Positions 12,725 through 23,384 of a stretch of DNA of 64,000 bases are shown here, one piece after another. Both the position numbers and the translations under genes were made by a program. The DNA is taken from assembly GCA_038496445.1 (NCBI GenBank), contig JALMLS010000538.1, positions 62,001-126,000 of the forward strand, given 5' to 3'. The notes below the pieces were generated by a model. The model was not told the DNA's origin. It did not search any database and worked only from the letters and a program-made list of their open reading frames with translations. The stretch comes from Trichosphaerium sp. ATCC 40318 (lineage: Eukaryota; Protista; Tubulinea). Each line of letters begins with the position of its first letter. The first letter of the stretch is position 1.

Positions 12725-13145
12725 GGTCACCAAGCGTTAAATAGCGTTAACGCTCAACAAGTAATTGGCGAAAGCAAGCATACAGTAATGAGCTCACCCG
12801 CACTTGAGTACCAGTAGCGCAAAAATGAATTTGGTAGGTGAAATATTGTAGCTTTTTTTCTTATTTTTTACTTATATTTCTTCGCTCCGTAGATGAATTA
12901 ATAGATGGTATCTATACAAATCATACAACTGAAACTGATGTCCAATGTGCTGGTGTACATCCTATTACAGGTTAAATAGTATTGGGAGTCCAGAAGGGTG
13001 ACGTTAGAATATTCATGATTCAGGCATTGACAGATGGCAGTTTCCTTTTCTTTATGATGGTGTTGGATGTGGTATTGCATTACTTTGTCTCCTCGTATTA
13101 GTTGTAATGTTAGCATACAGAGCCAGGAAATACAAATAATCCAGT
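12725..13145 (+). pseudogene. inverted, internally deleted relic copy of the 18810-21416 surface-protein gene
   Basis: Three collinear blocks match the reverse complement of about 21408-21520, 19908-20089 and 19250-19365. In-frame TAA at 12973-12975 replaces the parent's CAA. Confidence 0.85.
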
Positions 13146-13218
13146 AATAAATATCCGAGAAAATAAGTAAATCCACTTTCAGTTTTTTTCTTCTTTTTTT
13201 TTTGTACAGCAATTTCAT

Positions 13219-14842
13219 TTATTTTACAAGATAACGTAATGCGTTCTCAACGTTTTTGTTTTCTTCCATCCAGTCTTTGATTTTCTTTACATCTTTTCGA
13301 AGTAGAGGAACATTGTTATAATCAAGCTGAAGGCTTACACCCATTGGTGGATCCCATCGAACATATTTAAACTTTAATTGGGCAGAAAGTACTTCTAAAA
13401 ATTTACTAGTGTGATTAACGTCTGAAATCACTGCTGGCATCCTTAAAAGCCATTTCCAACCAGCATTAACTTTTGTTTGCGGTCCAGCATTGTAAGTTCC
13501 TGTACCAACAGAAAGTACAATATCAACGCATCTATTAGGGTGCATCAGGCTGACCTCTGTTACTGCTAAATCAGAAGGATTGTTAGCGCGTAAAGCACCG
13601 TCTACAAATCGTCTGCCTATCTACGTGTTAATCATTTTTCTTTTTTACTCTCCCATTCACTTGATAACGTACGTTTTACACCCTCTGGTGTAGTTTGTTC
13701 GTATTCCAAAGGTGGGAAAAATGTAGGTGCCGCAGAAGTCGCTCTAAGAGCGTCTACAAGTGGCATACCTTCAATATCAGAGAATGGTGACTCTTCAGGT
13801 TTATCATAACTTCTCAAAAGTACAACTTCCTAAAACGCGAGTAAAGAAATTGCATCTACATTATTTTTTGTAGGGTACGTCTGTTTCATCATCAACTGTA
13901 GTTACAAACACTAAAGGTGTCCTAGGTTTCTCTCCAAGTCGTTTAAGTGTCACTAAAGCCAAGAAAAAGTAAATAAAACAGCTTTCTCGAAAATGAGCGA
14001 AAAAAAAAGAACAAACGCGTGCCTCTGTCTCTCTTATAGTTATTAATACGCTCTGTTAAGAAGTTCTCCTCTAAATATTCTACTAGAGGCTCTGGTTTGT
14101 ACAAAGAGACTTTGAATAGCTGTTTGAAAGTCTTGTAACTTTTTGTTGGAAACATCACTGGAATTAAATTATAAAACAACTCTTGCGCTTCCCTTGCGCG
14201 TAATTTTAACAAGCCAATAAATATTGCGATACATCCACCAATAGATGTGCCAGCTATCATATCGAATGCTTGCCAGAGCTAAAAGCGCGTAAGAATCTAT
14301 GTTGCGGTATTTACAAGAGTCCCACGGATTGATGAACAAAAGATAGAAATCACATCAAATAAAATGTACCTCCAAACCATCGGCTAGGAGCTTGTCTTCC
14401 AAAGCAATCAAACATTCTAAAGCAATGACACCTCTACTTCCACCTCCATCAATACAAAGCACTTTGAGCCCCTTTTCTTTTGGATCAGGCTTTGTAATGC
14501 GACGTTTCTGTGACACTGTGAGCCAGAATGAACTGCGTGGAATTAAGTACCTTCATAATGCTAACGGAGGCGCGCATGACTCGTCTTTCGCGTTTGCTAT
14601 GCGTTAGCGCATTTCTGGGGGGGTCTGATAGCCTCTAAACGAATAAGTAAAAAAGTTACCGAGAATTACTAAAAACGACCTAAACGTACTCGACGGTGGT
14701 TTTTGTTATCTTCTTGTACTGTGGGAAGTACACTCTCTGTGTTAGAGTGTGGCATACCCATTTGCGGTAACTCTTGCTTTGATATCGCGTGTACACTATT
14801 CAATTCATGTTCACCTGTATCCTCTTCTTCTTTAGGCTCCAT
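13219..14842 (-). CDS. patatin-like phospholipase (iPLA2-gamma/PNPLA8-like)
   Basis: VLCIDGGGSRG glycine loop, FDMIAGTSIGG nucleophile motif, LRATSAAPTFF, FVDGALRANNPS and VLSVGTG. Confidence 0.9.
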
Positions 14843-14967
14843 TTTGAGTGAGTTAGCGAGCTATGACACGATTGTTAAGGACTTTCGAATTTATCTGAAC
14901 GAACACTTAACGTGGCTTAGGTATGCCGGTTTTATTCCTCTTCTCACTAATTTAGGACTACAATAAT

Positions 14968-15707
14968 CTAAACGGCGTCTTTACTACGAAGCTGTGCAAA
15001 CAAGTCTCTTCGCTGGGCAGCAATTGGCGGTTTAGATTCTTTTTTACTTGTAACAACGTTTCCTTCCTTATTCTCTCGCTCTAAAGACATCACTTTAAGT
15101 ACCATTGCGTTCAACATGTCGTTTTCTACTATCTTTGATAAATGGTGGTCATCGTCCAATTCCTCCAAGTGTACAAGCCCAGTGGTTCCCAACTCAACAT
15201 CTAATCGCACTCGTTCAATTATATTTGTTGTGTCGCGTACACCGTGACAAACAACGATTGGAATACCCTTCTTTATAAGACGTGACGTCTAGAAGTATGT
15301 CATGCAAAAAAACGTGAAGAGATGCTAATTGTACCGCCAGCGCTGAGATACATAATATACAACCGCTCCATATGTTTCGTTCTACCAATTCTGCAGCGTA
15401 ACGGCCTCCACGGCTGCTTGCTATGATGACGTTTGGTTTAAATGTGTCAACTAAGCCGTTTTAACAAGGATTTAGATTGTAGTGGCAGTGTACTTGCTGT
15501 TTGGAGCGCTTTTACGCCTTCTTCAACTGTTTTACGCATGGTTGGTTCTGGGACTATTTAATTGATATTAATGGAAAGAATATGCGTAGTAGGATTACCC
15601 AGTGCCATTTGGAGCTCGAAATTACCCCTCTGAAGACATTTGTATTTTGGGCCTGTTTTACCTCCTCCAAAACCTTTGTTTATTATCAATATACGCGGTG
15701 TGGCCAT
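14968..15707 (-). CDS. small alpha/beta hydrolase (possibly spliced to the patatin gene)
   Basis: Nucleophile elbow PNVIIASSRGG, acid residue in VCHGVRD, histidine in LDDDHHL; multi-exon. Confidence 0.75.
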
Positions 15708-15906
15708 TTCGGAGTAGTTGTAGTTTCTACAAGTTTTTAAAACCAAAATTCAACGAATTTCACAAAACGTGCTTTGAACCAACTTCAATATGTTGCAAGT
15801 TATTTCTTTGCATGAAAGAGAAAAAATATATGTGAATGTCAAGACTGTCAATTGATAACCTGTCGAGTTAAAGTCACGGTTTAATGAACTTTTTTTCTTT
15901 TATTTA

Positions 15907-16777
15907 TTAACTATCTTCTTCTTCCTCTTCTGATTGATTTAAACCACTGGTGCTCGATCGTGGAGTATTCACTTCCAAAAACTTCTCTCCTCCACTTACT
16001 TCTACTAAAACTGCCTCTATGGCATTACAAAAATCTTCTTTAGCGTCACAATGGTAACCTGATTGTTGGTTTAAGAAAAATTTATGGAATGATTTCAATG
16101 TGTCAAACCTGCAGACAAGTATCGAAGAGCATAAATGCGAGAAGGTGTAGATATTCCGAAATAAATATACTATTGGTAAGTAAGTTATATAGCGCGTAAA
16201 TTGGTTGAGATCAATTAATTTGTACTTGTGTAGCAAAAGAATCATTTAGGGCTGTTCTGTGATTTTGTTTTTTTGAGGCTTTCATCTCCGGCACATAATC
16301 TCGTAGAAGCTTGCATTTGTCCGTCAATTGAATAACCCCTTTCAATCTCTCACACTTATTTTAACACTAACATTAGTACAAAGTGAACAAACCACAAAGA
16401 ATAGCTATAACAAAGCGTAGGTACCAAAAAAAAGCAAATAAGAATATGCACGTGATTCTCAAAAAAAAAAAAGAAAGAGAACTATCTTACCCGTTTATCT
16501 TCAGCGTAGAAAATCATATCACCATTCATTACAAAATATCTAAAGATAATATGTCAAGCTACAGGTTCTAGAAAGCGTTTTTATGGTTTTTTCCATAAAC
16601 TAACCTTTTCTTCCAGTTTTTTACATTCCACCCTTGTTTTGTCGCCCATCCAGAGTATCTGTTTGGTTGAGAAAGAGATTTAACATAAAGCGCTTCTAAA
16701 TCTTCTTCTTCAATGTCGTCCGTAAGGGCTGTTTTGGTATCTTTTTCCTTTTCCTCTGTTCCCAAGCAATCACCCAT
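15907..16777 (-). CDS. PH-domain protein with N-terminal myristoylation/palmitoylation-like motif
   Basis: MGDC N-terminus; YSGWATKQGWNVKNWKKR-YFVM..MIFYAEDK..LKGVIQL is a classic PH beta1-beta4 pattern; terminal helix KEDFCNAIEAVL. Confidence 0.85.
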
Positions 16778-17084
16778 AATCCCTCTGTAAAAACACTCAC
16801 TGGTTTGTAATGGACTTGTCTTGACTACGTTTCTATTGTTTGCGCTCTTCCTTGCCTATACAGGTGGTGTGCAAACTGTGTATTTCATCAAGCACCAAGT
16901 TATGTCATTCCACGTGAAGTTTTAGTACAGTACGTGTATATGGGCCAATATAAAACTGCTATAGTGTACTACGCTGTGCGAGCATTAAATCACGTGATAA
17001 AAATACTTGAAGGAAAATAAATGTGTCACTGATCACATTCTTTAAGTCTTAATACTTCTCCTGAACCATTGAAGTACGCACCTC

Positions 17085-18692
17085 ATGGATCGCCGGGTAA
17101 TATTACTCGCATGTACGCCGCTGTTTCCAAAAACGCTATAACACAACTCAGTACTTACCACATCTAGTGTTAATATCTCAAGTGGCGTCTGTAGCCAATA
17201 TTCTAGACTTTGGAGCTATCCCCTCAACAAATACTAACGAAGCAGCGGAAGCAAATACTATTGCCCTTCAAAAGGCGTTCTATGCCGCTAATACAAGCCC
17301 TACAAACGATAGAATCGTTCTGATTCCAGCTTCGCATGAATTTTACATTTTCTCCGCTGAAGTTTTCAATGTTCATGATATTACCATTCAACTTGATGGG
17401 CACGTGTTTTAAGGATTTTCTTGCGAAAATTTTCCATGCTGTGTATTTAATTAACTTCGGCCGTAGTCTCTTGGTGATTTCAAACAACATTACAGCTTAC
17501 CCACAACCATCCCAGTTTAATCATACACTCGCTGGTTTGTATATTGGTGACAGCTCAAATATCCATTTGACTGGATACGGAAAGTTCGATGGACAAGGCT
17601 ATGACTGGTGGTGGCATGTTATTCTTCTTGCTAAGGATCATAGACCTCATATGGTTCTTATGGAACGTGTTGAAGGAATAGTTATTGATAATTTGTATTT
17701 TTCAAATTCTCCTCAGTATCACCTTCTTCTTAAAGATATCAAGGACGTACATGTTAAAAATGTAACAATTTATGTTGATACAGAGAGTCAAAAAGCTATG
17801 TTTCAAAAGGCAGGGTATTGGCACGAGGAGAAAGGTGTACCGACTTTTCCATTAAACGTACATAACTTTTTCGAAAAGTTTTTTTTTGAGATTTTTTTTC
17901 TTTCTTTTTCTTGCGCTTAACGGTTTTTTTAGACGGATGGTATTGACCCAAGTGGTATCAACGTTCTAATTGAAGATGTCAGTATAGAGAATTTTGATGA
18001 CGCTGTAGCAGTCAAACCTTGTATGAAGACATAATTGAAAAAACGGCAAGAACTAATCCCACTTCTTAGGCAGCGGTAATTGTAAATTGTCGACTTGTAC
18101 AGAAAATATAGTGGTTAAAAATTCTCTAGTGACTTATGGTGTTGGTATGACGATAGGTATGTTTCGATAACACATAAATCAATTCGCTCAGTCAAGTTTA
18201 GGATCTGTACCACCTAATCCAGGGGTAAATTGTATCAAAAATGTTACCTTCGATAACATTGTTTTCAAAACTCCAATCAAAGCTATATATGTCAAGACAA
18301 ACCCTGGTACTGATGGTACTGGAATAATAGATAATATTACATACAAAAATATCGTTGGTGATGGTTCTCTATGGTACCCAATATGGATAGGTCCGCAACA
18401 ACAAGAACAACCGGGAACGAAAGGAACTGGATGTTCTTTTTTTTATCCGATAGATGATGAGTGTCCGACTCAACCACGTGTTCCTGTTACAAATATCCAC
18501 TTGAGTAATATCACATTTACAAATGGTCTTGAACTTCCTGGTGTATTGCTTTGTGATCCTGAAAAGCTTTGTACTGGTTTTACCTTCGACCAAGTTTCGA
18601 ATGAAGGAGAGTTTGGAATACAAAAAGATTACGTTTGTAAAAATGTGAAGGGTACTTCAACAAAGTCGTTCCCTACTCCATCATGTTTTTAA
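17085..18692 (+). CDS. secreted glycoside hydrolase family 28 (polygalacturonase-like)
   Basis: Signal peptide MDRRVILLA..VLISQVAS, then NILDFGAIP, NTIALQKAF, G.FDGQGYDWW, NSPQYH, NTDGIDP, DDAVAVK and MTIGSV. Confidence 0.9.
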
Positions 18693-18809
18693 AATAAAAC
18701 TTTTGACACAACGGATTATTTGTAAGCAAAGGCAGTCTTTTACCATGACTTTCTCATCTAGCATTTTCGTGTGCCTAAGAGATGTACACATCTTTTCTCT
18801 GAGCACCAA

Positions 18810-21416
18810 TTAACAAACTAGATATCTTAAACTTAACAGTGCAGAATCTACAGGTCTCTGGTGTTTATCTTCCTCTGAAAACGCCTTCATTCCTAACAGT
18901 ATACTAAACTTATCTAGATTATGCTTGGATGCCACTGTCAACACTGGTAAAAAAATTCTGGTAGCTGCGTACAGCATCCTATGAACGTCTAAGTGTCAGA
19001 TTTTGCGCTTGCTATAGTTAGCAAAGAGAAAAGAACGTCTAGTTGCAAACGAGTTCTTTCAAGTTCTGTACCACCGGGTTTGTTTGCAAAACTGTCCATG
19101 TAAGACCCAGCTGGTTTAATCTCAACGCCGTATCGCATTAATGAATTTCTGTGAAGCTCACTCAATCTTGTTAAGTATATTTCTTTATCAGTAACTGCGT
19201 CTATCTTTCTCGGAAGAGGCAGATTATAGTCAATAGTAGTTTATTTAGTACCAGAATTTTTTGTATTTCTGGTATCTGTATGCTAACGTTACAACTACTA
19301 CAATGAGACAAAGTAATGCAATACCACATCCAACACCAACATAAAGAAAAGGAAAACTTTCATCTTCACAGCCACTTGAATAGTGACTAAGAAGAAGCAT
19401 TTGGTCCTTTGTCTCTACACTCAAGTTTTTGCATTCGTTCGTTTCGACTCTCTCCTCAACTTCTTCTCTTGAAAGACAACCTGCAGGTAATGTAATAGCT
19501 GCAATACCTTCAATTTGGATAGTAACATCTACAAAACAACTTGTTGTTAGAATGTAGAATTAAGCCAGTAACTACTCAAAGAGCAACATTCAACTTACTC
19601 TTTGGACATTTCAAAAAAGTTACATTTGATCCAGATTCTAAGATAATAGTATTTGCAGGAATATCACCTAATTAACACGTAAGAATACAAAGAAATGTTT
19701 GGCGTTTGTTGTACCATCAACAGTCACAATTCCTTCGAGTGTAATAGTAGGTGCTAGTGTAGAATTAATGGTAAAAATCCATACTCCACCAATACACACA
19801 GCTGAAGGTACAAACCCTTTGCAAGGTATTGAAGGTGATATAGGTAGAGGTGAAGACACAGGTGGAGGTGAAGGCACAGGTGCAGCTGGGTTAAATGGAG
19901 GGTAGACGAATATTTTAACGTCACCCTTCTGGGCTCCCAATACTATTTGGCCTGTAACAGGATGTACAGCAGCACATTGAACATCAGTTTCATTTGTATG
20001 ATTTGTATAGATACCATCTATTAATTCACCTAAAGCAGCAAACAAAATGTAAGAAAATAATAAGAAAAAAAAGTTACAATATTGTCACCTTCAAGAGTTG
20101 TTAGCGCTATCAATGTATTTCGTAATGTAAGCATGATATTGCCATTAAAATATCTCTTCACTGATGTAAACAAGTCCGATGCAGCAAACAACTCTTGATC
20201 CAAGGTATTTTGGGTTGTTGGAGATGAGTCATTAAATGAATAGTGCAAAAGTCGGAGATTTCCAGCCACGATTAGAGAGCTGTTGTAAAATAGTACGCTC
20301 TAGTTTCCAAAGTCACAATAAAAATCACTATAACACTTCAAAATATATCTTACTTGCGCATTCTCAACATCTGTTACAGAAACTCTTTGTCCTACAGGTA
20401 TACGTTAAGTTATTTGAACAATACTAGTGTGGACCAAAATTCTTAGAACTATACCTGTCAAAGTAGAATGAATCTCTACCTTACCGTTTACATATGCCAC
20501 TGCAAGAAAACGTTCGTCTGGGGAGAGTGATAGCTGGCGTATTCTAAAACTCGCGGTACTATCTGTAAAACACAAAAGTTATTGTTTCAAGATCACATTC
20601 ACAAACAACATTGGCAGAAGAAACTCGCTAATACTATAGCTGAGTACAGAACTTGAGTTCTGTCAACAGTGAACACCCCTTAATATACCAGGTATTGTTG
20701 CAAACAAGTATAGAGGTAAACCGTCTTGATTTCTAAACGGTTTTTTTGCGTACCACTAGCTGCAATCGAACTTGCATAGGTTCCATTAGGATACAACTCC
20801 ACAATATCATTACCAACTGATTCCACAGCACCAATGTAAAAATTTCCATTGGCCCGTAAAGCTATTCCTTGAGGTTGTTCGGAGTGAAACGTCAAGGTAC
20901 CAAACGGACTTGGAATACTTGTATACGACTTTACAAGTGTATCTAGAAACAACTTAAAACCCACATGACGGAGAGTTTGTTTGAACAACACTTGTCTTGT
21001 TGCACTATTGCAAACCTTGCCTCAGTTTTTTAAAGCTATTGAAACGTACAGTTATTTGAGTGTAATATCTTTATAGCTCCATCGTTTAAATTATAGCGAC
21101 CACTATCTGCTACAATAAGATACTGTCCATCGTGTGAGAATATCATCTCTTGAGGTGTTACAAGACCTAAAGCGGAAATCACCAAAAAAGTAAATCTTAT
21201 GGTAATGTGTTTATACCTGTACTAGTTGCGTTGTAAATGGCATCATGGTCACCCTCTCCTATTACAACGTCATACAACAGATATACATGAGAAAAGAGTA
21301 CTAGAGCATTGTATGTATCGTACCAAGCCATAATGGAACATCTTGAGCGTAACAAAAGGTAACACAGCCAAAAAAAGCCAAAAGAACCAAAACAAGCCGA
21401 ACAGGTCCAAATTCAT
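18810..21416 (-). CDS. type I membrane surface protein: beta-propeller-like ectodomain, Pro-rich linker, Cys-containing stalk, TM helix (apparent 1-nt frameshift in first exon)
   Basis: Propeller-like blades PQEMIFSHDGQYLIVAD, PQGIALRANGNFYI, RQLSLSPDERFLAV and CAAVHPVTGQIVLG; linker PAAPVPSPPPVSSP; TM FLYVGVGCGIALLCLIVVVVTLAY. Confidence 0.7.
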
Positions 21417-22164
21417 TGTTTTGCGCTACTGGTACTCAAGTATGTGTCAGTTCATCACTGTGTATTTGCTTTCGCCAAATACTTGTTTTGACTTAACGCT
21501 AATTAAGGTTTGGCTAACCTTCAACGAACTGCCTTTTATGAACAAGTTGGCTTTTCTGGACAAGTTCGCGAAAATTCCCCAGGTAGTTAGTGCTAACTGT
21601 AGACACTATAACAGTGGTATTGAGGTTTCGTCAGCATCCTTAGTCTTCGGCCATGATTTGAACAAGCCTTTTTCGAATAGAAGGTTGGATATCATACGTA
21701 CGGGACTTTGTCTAGAGTTCCAATATACCCGTAGCGTTCTTTGTCATGACAATCATTTAGAAGAAAAAATCAAGAAAGCGTACACTTGTACGAATTACTT
21801 TGTTGTGATTTCTATTCCGTCTACGGTGAATATGAGGTACATAGTTACGCGTTTATGTAGTTGAAAACTTGCGAGAACATCACCAAAAGACTCTACAAAA
21901 ACAATCACGTGTTGCTTTTTTTTCCGAATGCTTTGTTACAAGTGGTAATCGCTTTGTATTGGTGCTATACTGACACTTACATAATCGCACTAACAAAACA
22001 ATCTATGTCAGAACAAAATCACAGAACACTATAGAGTATCGCTTTAGTGAAATCAATTTAAACAACACGTGGTGTAATATAAAAATCGTTGGAAAAACTG
22101 TTTACAGATTCTTAATTTTTTTTCATTTGTCTTTACGTTCAGAAGCCTCTACAACAGTTTCTAC

Positions 22165-23320
22165 TTATTCTTCTAGGGTTTCTTCTTGCGTTTCTTCTTG
22201 AACTTTCTTTTTAGCAGGCCGTGGAGAGAACTGCCCACGGTGTACAGTTACTACCTTAAAACGTTTTTTACGTTTTACTCTTGCTTCTTTCTGTGATATA
22301 TGTTGTATAACTTGCACTGGCTTCTTGCGAGGTTTTCGCGGTTTTGTCTGTTGTGACGTCTGTGTTTGTTGTGGCGTCTGTGTTTGTTTTTGTAGTTGGC
22401 TTTGTGGTGGGCTTTGTGGTGGGTTTTGTTTCTGTTCTTGTGGTTGTGGTACACTAAGGTTGTTCTGCTTTAAAATATTTTTTAACTTGGTCATTTCTCT
22501 CTCCAAACGATTGATTCTACTCTCCATGCCAAGCGCTTTCTTATGCACTTCGACATTGCATGGCGTAATATCAATATTATGGTGCACAATACGCTCAGAT
22601 ATGCTTGGGACAAGATTATCTGCCGTAGATTCCAAGTTGAACAACTTTGCAAGCGTACGGTGTTCTTTAAGCGAGAAATTGTTTTCTACCCAATCTTCTA
22701 CGTTTGAAGTACTAATAAGATTTTCTGTCAAGCGTACAACACTTTGGGCACCGGAATCTGGGGCGTTTTGCTGATAGTGTTGTGGGATATTCTGTTGAAT
22801 GTCATCTATGAGTGTATTTGGCGCTTGCGAAACATTTTGTACGCCTGCGTCAGGGCCTACGAAATTAATAAGCGCTTGTAGAGGCGTATAAAGCGTTTTT
22901 CGTCCATACTAAAGTATTGTGCGTCTATCCAGCCCATCTGGCCACCATTAGCATCTGTGCATTGATAGCGCACTATTCCGCGCCCTGTTCTGACATTTAC
23001 TTTCTTGTTTGTTCTGGTGCGTTTATTTGATTTCACAACATGCGAATATTGCCTCTGAAGTAAGTTTGAGCTAAACTAGTAGAAGCTTGAGTTCACGCAC
23101 GCAAGAATTGTACAATCGAACCTTCAACATGGTAGTAGCTTGGTGAAGTGATTTCTTATGTTTTTTGACTGAATCGGACTGAAACTACAGAGGAAGCAGT
23201 TTGAAATAGCTTTGGCGGGACATATTATTACAATTTCTTGCATCAGAACCTTTGTACAACATAGCAAGCATAACTGAGGTTTTGAGCAAAAATGTCTCGT
23301 GAGTTCTTTTTGGCGCATGA
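22165..23320 (-). CDS. probable nuclear protein: chromo-like segment, coiled coil, Q/T/P-rich and basic tail (start uncertain)
   Basis: Large last exon 22165-about 22830 with coiled coil ESRINRLEREMTKLKNIL, Q-rich tract and KRKKRFK. The upstream exon reads YSHVVKSNKRTRTNKK..VRYQCTDANGGQMGWIDAQYF. Confidence 0.5.
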
Positions 23321-23384
23321 CTGAAGTCACAGAATTGCATGACAACTAAGAGAATAACGTAACTGTATAATGTGAATATCAGAT

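Noticed and set aside
21343-21864. 173-aa plus-strand ORF
   Set aside because: Non-ATG start, overlaps the first exon and promoter of the minus-strand gene, and has no motifs; probably spurious.
22325-22774. Cys/Gly-rich plus-strand ORF resembling a metallothionein or keratin-associated protein
   Set aside because: It is the antisense shadow of the Gln/Thr/Pro-rich (CAA/ACA) exon on the minus strand.
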